From: a virus
Reading direction: 5' to 3' (one strand)
IMG/VR virus record: IMGVR_UViG_3300009124_000060
Location: 1-31,480 of that record
Length of the DNA stretch: 31,480 bases
Part shown: positions 1 to 7,849 of the stretch, piece by piece
How positions within the stretch are numbered: the stretch's first letter is position 1
Layout of the letters: each line of letters starts with the position of its first letter
Made by a program: the position numbers and the translations under genes
Notes under the pieces: generated by a model
The model's input: the letters and a program-made list of their open reading frames with translations, nothing else
What the model was told of the DNA's origin: nothing
Databases searched by the model: none

Positions 1-77
1 CCACAAGAACCCAAGTGGTCAGCAATCAACTGCATCTTAACGTACAACTGAGCAGCTCTAGCAGTAGAACCAGATAC
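1..77. repeat. Terminal direct repeat, copy 1, identical to 31404-31480. Either an assembly overlap from a circular contig or true terminal redundancy.
   Basis: I compared 1-77 with 31404-31480 base by base and all 77 nt match. The open reading frame continues across the junction. Confidence 0.95.
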
Positions 78-1019
78 ATTCTCAAAAGCAGAAAGAGCGA
101 AGTCAGCGTCTTTGTGCATACACAATTTGATAGCATCGAAGTTGATAAAGTAACCAGAAAGAGCAGCAGTAGTAGGTGCACTAGCAGTTTGGAATGATTG
201 TGATGTTACGTCAAAACCAAGTTCAAGGTCTTGCTCAACAACAGCACCACCGAATGCCAACTGCATTCTACCAGCGTCTAATGTTTTTTCATTAATATAT
301 CTTTCTTGTTGGAACAAGGCTCTACGATAGTTAGCCATAGCTTGTTCAGAAAGAAGTACAGTTTGGATTTCTCCCATAGGAGCAACAGATCCAGCCTTGA
401 TAGCAAGCTCTTGCATTTTTCTGATACCGTTAGTACCGAATGCACCTGAAGCTGTAACAGCTTGGTTACACCAACCAGTAGCATTTGGGTAATCTTGTTT
501 AGAGATTCCACCAACAGTGTTACCAGCCAACTTTTGTTGAGCTACAGTTTCTGCTTCCAAGAATCCACCAGAAACAGCACCGTTCAAAGTATTGAGGTTT
601 GTCAATACAGAGCTATCTCCTCTAAGAAGCTGGCGATTTATATTCTTCCTAAGCATCGTCATTACCGATCTCATACGTGCTTCAAGAATTTTAACAATCG
701 CTTTTTCCCCAGAATTTTCTAATTCTTCTCTCTTACTGATCACGATTGGAGCTACATAGTCTGCCCAGTCAAAAATAGCAGGTCTCATTACGTCTCTTAC
801 AGACATATCGATTCCTTCGTATCCAGAGCTGATTTGTGTTACTGTTGAATGTTCTTCCAATGCCAATGGGCGTTGAATTTTGATACCACCATCTTCGTAT
901 TCGATTCCACCAAATTTCTTGGCGTTATCTAAGAAGGCAGTCTTTTGAAATAGCTGATCGACTTCACCATCTCTAATGCTATAGAGGGTTGACGACAGCA
1001 GGTCATTTGAAATAGCCAT
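1..1019 (-). CDS. Major capsid protein, first 339 codons. The ORF runs off the left edge and finishes at 31403->31376, giving 348 aa in total.
   Basis: I translated it by hand from the ATG at 1019-1017 (MAISNDLLSSTLYSIRDGEVDQLF...YVKMQLIADHLGSCG) and met no stop before position 1. It is missing from the ORF track only because it crosses the window edge. It has an SD (GAGAGGAAAATTATTATG). It sits after the scaffold-like genes and before a decoration-like gene, and its size is typical of T7-type capsids. Confidence 0.75.
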   Translation of the reverse strand, partial: MAISNDLLSSTLYSIRDGEVDQLFQKTAFLDNAKKFGGIEYEDGGIKIQRPLALEEHSTVTQISSGYEGIDMSVRDVMRPAIFDWADYVAPIVISKREELENSGEKAIVKILEARMRSVMTMLRKNINRQLLRGDSSVLTNLNTLNGAVSGGFLEAETVAQQKLAGNTVGGISKQDYPNATGWCNQAVTASGAFGTNGIRKMQELAIKAGSVAPMGEIQTVLLSEQAMANYRRALFQQERYINEKTLDAGRMQLAFGGAVVEQDLELGFDVTSQSFQTASAPTTAALSGYFINFDAIKLCMHKDADFALSAFENVSGSTARAAQLYVKMQLIADHLGSC

Positions 1020-1167
1020 AATAATTTTCCTCTCATATGGTTTTAAAAAGTTCTTTCGTTAGAAAGTAGTGTAAGTAATAATTTTCTTTGTTACGTGTTC
1101 CTTGCGGAATGTACTAGGAAAGCTATTCCTTACAAGTGTTCCCATATGGGAGGTTGCATTGGATGCT
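1020..1167 (-). promoter_or_regulatory. Long structured leader upstream of the capsid gene, with three GGAACA(C/G) repeats and several small hairpins.
   Basis: On the minus strand, GGAACAC lies at 1095-1101 and 1136-1142, and GGAACAG at 1166-1172. Other elements are the palindrome CCCATATGGG (1141-1150), TTCC-GCAA-GGAA (1098-1109, a GNRA-type loop) and CTTTC-TAAC-GAAAG near 1045-1060. No ORF is present. Confidence 0.4.
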
Positions 1168-1194
1168 GTTCCTACTGTACAGAAAATGTAAAAT
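1168..1194 (-). promoter_or_regulatory. Motif C, copy 1: ATTTTACA-N7-TACAGTAG-GAAC. Candidate phage-specific promoter or operator upstream of the capsid gene.
   Basis: The minus strand reads ATTTTACATTTTCTGTACAGTAGGAAC. It aligns with 7823-7849 and 15058-15085. Confidence 0.45.
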
Positions 1195-1200
1195 AAATAT

Positions 1201-1626
1201 CTAGACATATCTTTGCTTTATCTGCAGAAGTACCTCTACTAGCTTTTCACCAGGGCAGGCTGTAGCTTGCCAGTTCTTATGCCAAGTCACTTCATTCCAA
1301 GTAAGGTCATGGGTTTCTAGCAATCTATTTATAAAAGTTTCTAAGGTATCCATCATAGGTTTACGAGGTACTTCATTCTCATAATTACCAACAACACAGA
1401 TCCCAATAGAATCTTTATTTCTAGGTGGTGAATGTGCACCACGTCTGTTCTCAGGTCTAGCCTTGTACACTGTAGCATCATTCTTAATAATATAATGGTA
1501 GCCTATATCAGACCAGCCATTGTCCTCTACGTGCCACTTACGAATACGCTCAGGTGTAGTTCTATCAATGGGTGATGCAGAATGATGTATTACAATATAT
1601 TTAATTTCTCTCTTTCCTTTCGGCAT
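1201..1626 (-). CDS. N-acetylmuramoyl-L-alanine amidase (Amidase_2/PGRP, T7-lysozyme-like), the endolysin.
   Basis: Recognisable motifs are IVIHHSA, GWSDIGYHYII, GAH, SIGICVVGNY and H..W.ATACPG. Length is 141 aa, with an ATG start and SD AGGAG. Confidence 0.9.
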   Translation of the reverse strand: MPKGKREIKYIVIHHSASPIDRTTPERIRKWHVEDNGWSDIGYHYIIKNDATVYKARPENRRGAHSPPRNKDSIGICVVGNYENEVPRKPMMDTLETFINRLLETHDLTWNEVTWHKNWQATACPGEKLVEVLLQIKQRYV

Positions 1627-1645
1627 TACTTCTCCTAGTGAAGCA

Positions 1646-1697
1646 GGAGGCCTTCGGGGCCTCCCCTTAGATGTACTTCCCTAAGTTACCCTATTGG
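1646..1697 (-). promoter_or_regulatory. Motif A, copy S1: CCAATAGGGTAACTTAGGGAAG (1697->1676), a 15-nt spacer, then the 7-bp hairpin GGAGGCC/GGCCTCC (1664->1646).
   Basis: The 18-nt core is identical to the cores at 10866-10883 and 24917-24934. It starts 1 nt after the stop codon of the upstream gene and ends 20 nt before the amidase ATG. Confidence 0.6.
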
Positions 1698-1698
1698 A

Positions 1699-2547
1699 TT
1701 ACTTAGCTGCTTTATTATTCTTATGATACTGAAATGCTTCCCAAGCAGATCTAAACTGAGGTGTTCCTGAAGGAGACACCGACTTACCAGTAGAAGTTTT
1801 TTGAAATGTTTCTCTTCTGGTTTGCTTAGTTCTCTTAGCTTCTTCTTGAGCAATCAAAGCCTTCTGGGTTTCATACTTACTTTTTACTATATAGTAAGCA
1901 TCTTCCAATTTCAGCTCAGGTCTTTCCACAAGCATTTGAGCAATAGGTTTTCTCAGTTCATCTGACGTCAGATCAGGATGCTCAGATTTAAATCTTTGCA
2001 ATTCCATTTGTCTTTGTTCCAGCTGGATCTGCTGTTGTGCAGGCTTCATCATTTCTTGCATCATTAGTGCTGCTTGCTTTTTAATTTCAGCCTGTAAACC
2101 TGCTTCAGTATACACATCGTTCTCAGTCTCTGCATACTGCTGCATTTGCTTAATCACAGGATTATTTACCGCTAAATCTTTCTGGTTTAAAAGTTCTTGC
2201 TTTAAATTTTCAAGTTCTTTTCTTTGCTCTGCAATAGCCTGCGTTTTTCTAGTGTAAGAAGCTCTCATATTAGCTACGTGCTTTCTTACGTCTTCAGGCA
2301 TATGCTGCATCCAGTGATGTAGTGGCTTCATTCCCTTATGATTAGCATCATCCTCAAATTCAGGATAGTCCTCTTCATTTAATTTTAAAAGCTCGTCAAT
2401 GCTCATCAGCTCTGCTTCAAGCTCTTCTATTGTTTGTTCTGTTGTAGTCTCACCCGCAACTTCTTCAGCAACCTCTGTGGTTGCTTCTGCTGTTTCTGTA
2501 GGCTCGACAGTTTCTACTGGTGTAGAAGTATTGTCTGTATTTTCCAT
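1699..2547 (-). CDS. Acidic coiled-coil protein, candidate scaffolding protein.
   Basis: The track ORF begins at a TTG (2562). An ATG at 2547 preceded by GGAGGAAATTAAA is the likelier start. The N-terminus is acidic and Thr/Glu-rich, followed by long Q/E/K helical segments. It lies between the portal and capsid genes, as T7 gp9 does. Confidence 0.45.
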   Translation of the reverse strand: MENTDNTSTPVETVEPTETAEATTEVAEEVAGETTTEQTIEELEAELMSIDELLKLNEEDYPEFEDDANHKGMKPLHHWMQHMPEDVRKHVANMRASYTRKTQAIAEQRKELENLKQELLNQKDLAVNNPVIKQMQQYAETENDVYTEAGLQAEIKKQAALMMQEMMKPAQQQIQLEQRQMELQRFKSEHPDLTSDELRKPIAQMLVERPELKLEDAYYIVKSKYETQKALIAQEEAKRTKQTRRETFQKTSTGKSVSPSGTPQFRSAWEAFQYHKNNKAAK

Positions 2548-2567
2548 TTTAATTTCCTCCAAATGGA

Positions 2568-2858
2568 TTAAGTTTCTTTCTTGCCACCTGGATTGGTGGT
2601 CTTCTTGTTTCTAGGCCAAAGATCTTTGCAAGCCCAATATGAGGCTGACATCTTATCCTTAGCTCTGTCACACTTATGTCTGGCTCTAAAGGACTTCTTA
2701 GCAGAATCAGAATAGTTATGCTTGTAGCCCTTAGCTCCGTAATGAACTAATTTTTCTTTTCCATCCTCACAAGCCTTAACCATCTTCTTCTTACCTGGTC
2801 TGGTAGAACGTCTAGGTTTGTTGCAAGGCATATCATCTTTATTTACTTTTCTTGGCAT
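2568..2858 (-). CDS. Small, very basic Lys/Arg-rich protein of unknown function.
   Basis: 96 aa with an ATG start and many K/R residues. Conserved-looking Cys/His residues (RARHKCD...YWACKDLW). Confidence 0.5.
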   Translation of the reverse strand: MPRKVNKDDMPCNKPRRSTRPGKKKMVKACEDGKEKLVHYGAKGYKHNYSDSAKKSFRARHKCDRAKDKMSASYWACKDLWPRNKKTTNPGGKKET

Positions 2859-2999
2859 TACCCTTTCCTTTCTTCTTCTTAGGCTTGAACTTACCTTTCT
2901 TTTCCGACATCTGCTTATAGACCTTGGGATCTATAGTAGACTTCTTCTTAGAGCGTGATGTCCCAGCTTTCTTTCTTTTATTTATATTTCTATACAAGC

Positions 3000-3212
3000 T
3001 CACTTCTTCTCCCACTTTTCTCTTTCGATACGCCTAAGTTCATCCCATTCGAATTGAGCAGATTCATAAGCTTCTTTTGCTTCCTCTTTAGTAGAGAACA
3101 CATTAACCAAAAGATTCATTGTTCCTTTGCGAATTACAGCCCACCAACGGTTAGGTGAATGTTCCCAATACCCAGAGCCGTTAGCTAACTGCATTCCTTT
3201 TTTATTTTCCAC
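3000..3212 (-). CDS. AP2-like DNA-binding domain protein.
   Basis: GYWEHSPNRWWAVIRKGTMNLLVNVFSTKEEAKEAYESA fits the AP2/integrase-type DNA-binding pattern (RW.A.I......lG.F.t.EEA..AY). The track start is a GTG at 3212, and an alternative ATG lies 6 codons downstream. Confidence 0.5.
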   Translation of the reverse strand: MENKKGMQLANGSGYWEHSPNRWWAVIRKGTMNLLVNVFSTKEEAKEAYESAQFEWDELRRIEREKWEKK

Positions 3213-3214
3213 GA

Positions 3215-3745
3215 TTACATTCTCGCTGCAAAGAGATCATCCATCTCTTCATCTGACATAGCTGCATCTTCTGCCATAGCTTCTTCCATTGGCTCTTCTT
3301 CTGGCTCTGTCTCAGGTGGGTTCTGTAGAAAAGATTTAAAATTTCTATCATTAGCCAACTTAGTCAACTTACCAGCCAACATCATAATAGCTCTATCGTC
3401 ATTGATATCTTCCATAAGAAAATCATTTTCTTCATCGATAACATCGTAGTCAACAGCCATATTGACAGCACCTTGAAACATAGCTAGGATACGAACAAAG
3501 TCGCCAGGAAAGCTAGTTACACGATCAGAGAACTGTGGGTAGTTAGGCTCTTGATCGAAGGCAGGTAGTAATTTATTTGTTGCATCTACTAAGCGGTTCA
3601 TAGCATTAGCAGAGAAGTCTCCCATAGGAGCCATTTGTGCAAACATTTCATCTTCAGATTGTTCAGCTTCTGCAATTACCACTTCCATTTCCATCGCTGG
3701 TTGTGCTTCTGCATCAGGCATTTTATTTTTATATTCCATAGCCAT
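3215..3745 (-). CDS. Highly acidic protein of unknown function, possibly a scaffold or head-assembly accessory.
   Basis: 176 aa, rich in D/E/M, with SD GGAGGG and an ATG start. No enzymatic motif was seen. Confidence 0.5.
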   Translation of the reverse strand: MAMEYKNKMPDAEAQPAMEMEVVIAEAEQSEDEMFAQMAPMGDFSANAMNRLVDATNKLLPAFDQEPNYPQFSDRVTSFPGDFVRILAMFQGAVNMAVDYDVIDEENDFLMEDINDDRAIMMLAGKLTKLANDRNFKSFLQNPPETEPEEEPMEEAMAEDAAMSDEEMDDLFAARM

Positions 3746-3756
3746 AAGGCCCTCCG

Positions 3757-4299
3757 TTAGTGTTTTATTGAATCATCATATACTTTGTCTAAAGTTCCAT
3801 CGACTGCATCTTTTGCAGACCAAGTTTCCATAACAGCGTCTTCCTTGCTAACACCAGAATCAACAAGTGATTGGTATTTGTTCTCAAGATTACTTTGCTG
3901 TTGTATTTTTGTTTTTCTTTCATTAGTCGCATCCTCGAACCACTTATCTCCACCTAGATCCGAAAGAGGAACGAAGCCTGACTTGTCCATTATTTTTCTT
4001 TCTTCCATTCTAGACTTCACATACTTACCTAAAGAAGCAGAGAAGTAACCTCTAGCATCACAGCCAGAGCCTGTAGATTCTCCTTGTATACCAAATGATC
4101 TAGGCAGTTGTCTGTGGATATTCTCGGAACCACAGCCTACAATTTGCTCACCTGATTCAAAGTCACACCACAGTTCTTCTTGACCGCAGTACTTGGCACT
4201 ATCCATATAAGTTTCTTTTGTTTCTGGATTGTACTTGGTTCTCTCAAACGCTTCACCTTCTGAACCGCAGTCCCCACATTTATATTTAAAAAATGGCAT
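3757..4299 (-). CDS. Protein with an N-terminal zinc-ribbon (FmdB-like CxxC) motif.
   Basis: MPFFKYKCGDCGSEGEAFE resembles the start of an FmdB-type zinc ribbon, and further Cys residues follow (WCDF...VGCGS). Its start overlaps the portal stop (TAATG). Confidence 0.4.
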   Translation of the reverse strand: MPFFKYKCGDCGSEGEAFERTKYNPETKETYMDSAKYCGQEELWCDFESGEQIVGCGSENIHRQLPRSFGIQGESTGSGCDARGYFSASLGKYVKSRMEERKIMDKSGFVPLSDLGGDKWFEDATNERKTKIQQQSNLENKYQSLVDSGVSKEDAVMETWSAKDAVDGTLDKVYDDSIKH

Positions 4300-5948
4300 T
4301 ATGCTCTCCCACCCCTTTGCATTAACATCTGACTTAACTGCTCAGCAGGTAGCTCTCCTGCAGGGCCTATATCGCCTTCTGGAGGCAGTTCTCCTGCAGC
4401 TCCTTGTGGTAACCCTCCTGCGGCTTGAGGAGCCGCTTCAGGTGTATCCATGAAGCTCTTAGGCAGGTCATACAGTCTGATGATTTCTTCTTTTATTTTC
4501 TCTGCTGGTACACCCAACTGCATAAGCTGAGGTGCCAACATAATTAAGTTATTCTTCTTGATAGAATCTGATAACGGTGTAGAGGATTGGTCCAGTGCTA
4601 CAATTTTAAACTTTGCATCTAGATCTTCTACGGTGATAATCTTCGGCATATCATCTATCTCAATAGTAGCTGTCTCACCTTCTTCGCAAAGCAAAGATAC
4701 AGTTCTTAGATAAGCTCTGGCTAGAAGTTCAATAGAATTATCTTTTTCTCTTGCTAACTTTCCAATCTCTGACGCACTGTATTGAGCTAAAGCAGTAATC
4801 TCTGTAGCGGTAGCTTTAGTAGCTTCACCTCTAGAGAATGGAGCAAGGATAGATCCTCTGTTTATATCTGCTTCAATCTGTCCTAAGTACCTGTCAAAAT
4901 TTGTAGAAATAGATTCTACACCAATAGGCTGGATAATACCAGCAAGTGATTGTTCATCTACAGGTATCATAGCTCCATCAATACCAGCAGTAATAGCTGC
5001 TAAGGCTTCAGGATCTAAAGTTCCTTCTTTGTACAAGTATTGTCTGGAATCCCTACGTATAGAATTAGCCCAGTAAGTCCTAAGAATATTCTTTTCAAAA
5101 AACTGGTCATATACCCTTGCCACAGCTGAGAGACCACACATAGGTCTCTCTGGTTTTCTAGCAAAATAAATAGGGCAAAGAGGAGATAGTGGTTTGTCAT
5201 CATAGGTTCTCAAAGGTATTTCAGATTTTTCTAGTAGCTTGTCGCCATCAGAATAGTTAGGGGACCAGATGTACAGATGATCATAGGAGAAGTCATACAG
5301 TTCAACCACTTGGATGTACAGGTATTCTTCAGGTAAATTATTTATCTTTCCATTGTATGCAGCGTTGTTGTCTGTGTCGAAGTAATCTACTTTAGGAATA
5401 GCCGAGAACTTTTTGTTCCCAAACTTCTGCTTAGCTTCTGCAACTGTAAGGTAGTATACGTGGCCACAGAAACGCTGTGAATCCCAAGAAGAAGCGTCCA
5501 TATCTGTTATCACTTCCCAAGGTGGTAAAGCCTTTATAGCTACCTTCTCAAGCATATCCTCTGACTTAGCATCGGATAATTTTAAAAAAGAATTAGGGTA
5601 GATTAGTGCAAGCCTTGATGCAATTTCAATCTGTTCTCTTTTCTCGAATAGAAATCTGTTGACTACTTCCTGTGCCATTGAAGCATTACCAGAAGTCATA
5701 CTTGGATCTTTGCCTACAGCTACTGCAGGAGATCTAGAAAATAAACTTGCGATGAATCCTTCGATGTAAGAAAAGCAATCTGCAGTTTCTACACGGATCA
5801 TACTGTCGTCTACTTGTTGTCCTTCCCAGAACTTATTCTCATAAGAATTTTTAAATCTCTTTAGCTGTGGCCTAAGATGATCAAAGTATTCTTCGTGTTC
5901 TGTAAGGATGGTTCTGATTAGCTGTACAGCCTGTTCTATAGTTCTCAT
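4299..5948 (-). CDS. Portal protein.
   Basis: 549 aa, directly downstream of the large terminase. Size and position are canonical. The tail is acidic with a Pro/Gly-rich repeat. Confidence 0.7.
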   Translation of the reverse strand: MRTIEQAVQLIRTILTEHEEYFDHLRPQLKRFKNSYENKFWEGQQVDDSMIRVETADCFSYIEGFIASLFSRSPAVAVGKDPSMTSGNASMAQEVVNRFLFEKREQIEIASRLALIYPNSFLKLSDAKSEDMLEKVAIKALPPWEVITDMDASSWDSQRFCGHVYYLTVAEAKQKFGNKKFSAIPKVDYFDTDNNAAYNGKINNLPEEYLYIQVVELYDFSYDHLYIWSPNYSDGDKLLEKSEIPLRTYDDKPLSPLCPIYFARKPERPMCGLSAVARVYDQFFEKNILRTYWANSIRRDSRQYLYKEGTLDPEALAAITAGIDGAMIPVDEQSLAGIIQPIGVESISTNFDRYLGQIEADINRGSILAPFSRGEATKATATEITALAQYSASEIGKLAREKDNSIELLARAYLRTVSLLCEEGETATIEIDDMPKIITVEDLDAKFKIVALDQSSTPLSDSIKKNNLIMLAPQLMQLGVPAEKIKEEIIRLYDLPKSFMDTPEAAPQAAGGLPQGAAGELPPEGDIGPAGELPAEQLSQMLMQRGGRA

Positions 5949-5954
5949 AGGTGT

Positions 5955-5981
5955 TCCCTCATATATATTAAAAAGTAAAAG
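5955..5981 (-). promoter_or_regulatory. Motif B, copy 1: CTTTTACTTTTTAATATATATGAGGGA, immediately upstream of the portal gene.
   Basis: Near-identical to 30831-30856 (CTTTTACTTTTTATTATATATAGGGA). The first 13 nt are identical, followed by TATATAT and an SD. Confidence 0.45.
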
Positions 5982-5983
5982 AC

Positions 5984-7492
5984 TTAGTATCTACGGTGTG
6001 CCTTTGTGCCTGCACCAGCTAATTCTTTAATTCTTTGTGCTTTTCTCTGTAGTATCCAATCTGGTAAATAAGCAGAATCCTTTAGCCTTACTGCATCTAA
6101 ACACCAACAAGCAAGAGCCAGTGCCATAGCCGAATCACTGTGACCTTCTTTAGAAGAATCTAAGAATTTAATTCTTCCTCTGTCATCTGTCTGTATCGTT
6201 CTCAGTTCAGCTGCAGTAGTGCTATCTAGTAAAGAGATCTTACCAGTTTGTATTTCTTTTTTTAATTTCTCGAACAGTAAGGGCTTGGACTTTGCAGTGG
6301 TAAGAAAGTCTTTTCCATCTTCTTTCCATATACGGCTACATCCTTGGTGGCCCAGTTCATTGATTGTTGCCAGTCCATAGTTGTTTGCTTCCACAAGTAC
6401 TAGGGCGGAATTATACTGTTCAGATATTTCAAAAATATATTCTGCTAACTGTATGGGTGTTACCTGATTAGATCTCCACATACACACTGGTACATTCATA
6501 CGCTTAGACATCACTGTAATTACGCTGTAGTCCCTTCCTACACCTCCACCTACGTCTACCCCTATGGCATACGCATCAGATTGGTCAGGCTCAGCTATGG
6601 TCAGCCATTCCTCTCCATCGTGTGTAATGATCTCACAGTCTTGGAAATCTTTAAAAGAAAAGTATGTATTCCCTACTATCCTGTATGCTTCTTCTAATGT
6701 AGTAGGATATTCTCTTGTAAATTTCTCTATCCCTAACTTACCTACTTTACGCCTACGCCAAGTAATCTGTTCTGGCGTTACACCACTTTTTACTAAAGAG
6801 GATTCATAGTCAGTTAGATCTTTGGCTGGTACCTCCGAAGTGTATTCCTCGTGTTCATACCAAGGAAAAAATAAATAATTCCATTGTGCTTGCTTTAGCT
6901 CGTAGGTCTTAATCTCTTTGTGCAGGCAGTCGTTGTAGTAGTTGGCTGTAGATTCTATTATAATTTGTCCATCATTTACTGCGGCTAATGCTGTAGCCTT
7001 TAGTTCTTCTGGGTCATCAGCGAACGCATATTCCGATATATGGATCTTTGTAGCTGTGAAGGAGCGTAACCCTCCCTGCTGTGTTGCAGCGGCTGCTATG
7101 ATGCGTCCTCCGCCTTCAAATGCAAGCTGTGTAGTATTGTCCACCTCAAGTGGACGCTGTAGTGCAGTGGGTAAAGAATAATAAAAGTTCTTGTGCATCT
7201 TCAGGATCTGCTTAGAGGATTCCAATTTATAACTTAAGATAGCATAAGTCACTGGTTCATCAGAGCGATAAGCTAAGGCAAACAGATAAGCTGACCAGAA
7301 GGTAGTGCTACCCATCTGTCTAGCTTTTAAAATTAAAATATCCTCACCAGTCTCTGCAGCTTCCAGCATACGTTTCTGTTCAGCATTGAGCTGAAACTGT
7401 TGTTGCTTTCCGTGCTTATTGATGATGGTAAGTTTCTCTATAAATTCTTCTAGCGGCATCTGCTGAATAATTTCTAAAAGTTCTTTGTCCAT
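5984..7492 (-). CDS. terL: Terminase large subunit.
   Basis: A Walker-A-like KARQMGSTTF lies near the N-terminus. Nuclease-domain signatures are present (GVDVGGGVGRDYSVITV ... HSDSAMALALA). Length is 502 aa. Confidence 0.88.
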   Translation of the reverse strand: MDKELLEIIQQMPLEEFIEKLTIINKHGKQQQFQLNAEQKRMLEAAETGEDILILKARQMGSTTFWSAYLFALAYRSDEPVTYAILSYKLESSKQILKMHKNFYYSLPTALQRPLEVDNTTQLAFEGGGRIIAAAATQQGGLRSFTATKIHISEYAFADDPEELKATALAAVNDGQIIIESTANYYNDCLHKEIKTYELKQAQWNYLFFPWYEHEEYTSEVPAKDLTDYESSLVKSGVTPEQITWRRRKVGKLGIEKFTREYPTTLEEAYRIVGNTYFSFKDFQDCEIITHDGEEWLTIAEPDQSDAYAIGVDVGGGVGRDYSVITVMSKRMNVPVCMWRSNQVTPIQLAEYIFEISEQYNSALVLVEANNYGLATINELGHQGCSRIWKEDGKDFLTTAKSKPLLFEKLKKEIQTGKISLLDSTTAAELRTIQTDDRGRIKFLDSSKEGHSDSAMALALACWCLDAVRLKDSAYLPDWILQRKAQRIKELAGAGTKAHRRY

Positions 7493-7767
7493 TATCCAGC
7501 CTTCTTTAACCAGTCCTTCACTTCATTAATCTGCTCTTTGCTATCCGCACCTTTTGCAGCATCTAACTTCTGCAGTGAATCTAACATTGATACGATGTGG
7601 TTACCAGAAAAGGTTTTAAGTTCTCCATCTTGCCTAAGTTCGTGTACAGAATGCGATAAGAAAGCCCAGTATAAATCTTCTAAAGATCTGTTTTCAACGG
7701 CCTTCTGGATGATTGTGGTAGTTTTCTTTGGTCTACCACCTAAGTTTTTTTGTTTAGAATTTGCCAT
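7492..7767 (-). CDS. Putative terminase small subunit or DNA-binding protein.
   Basis: 91 aa with a basic N-terminus (GGRPKKTT). Its stop overlaps the terL start (TAATG). Strong SD AGGAGG. Confidence 0.5.
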   Translation of the reverse strand: MANSKQKNLGGRPKKTTTIIQKAVENRSLEDLYWAFLSHSVHELRQDGELKTFSGNHIVSMLDSLQKLDAAKGADSKEQINEVKDWLKKAG

Positions 7768-7822
7768 AGTATCCTCCTGGTATAATAGGGTTAGGGCAAA
7801 GTTTTTAGTAAAAACCTTTCGT

Positions 7823-7849
7823 GTTCTCTACAGTATCGAGAATGTAAAA
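7823..7849 (-). promoter_or_regulatory. Motif C, copy 2: TTTTTACATTCTCGATACTGTAGAGAAC.
   Basis: Matches 15058-15085 at 22 of 28 positions without gaps. It lies just downstream of the terminator at 7846-7881 and upstream of the small terminase gene. Confidence 0.45.

Noticed and set aside
15-722. ORFs 15..197 (+), 462..722 (+) and 278..514 (-).
   Set aside because: All fall inside the hand-translated capsid gene (1..1019, minus strand), which runs off the window edge and so is missing from the track. The 278..514 ORF is in a different frame on the same strand.
2548-2562. Track start of the 287-aa ORF at 2562.
   Set aside because: The codon at 2562-2560 is TTG. An ATG five codons downstream, with GGAGG 8 nt upstream, is the more plausible start. 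Similar GTG starts in the track at 3212 and 12213 were noted, and the latter was moved to the ATG at 12162.
3033-3040. Extra CCTAAGTT octamers at 3033-3040, 7633-7640 and 7739-7746.
   Set aside because: Only the first 8 nt of the 18-mer match, and all three lie inside coding sequence. About one 8-mer hit is expected by chance in 2 x 31 kb of AT-rich DNA, and none has a hairpin partner.
7784-7801. Possible fourth, degenerate motif-A copy on the plus strand: AATAGGGT-TAGGGCAAAG.
   Set aside because: It shares AATAGGGT and TAGGG but lacks the AACT block and has no adjacent GC hairpin. It also overlaps the SD and leader of the small terminase gene. I cannot separate it from chance without statistics, so I list it only as something to test.
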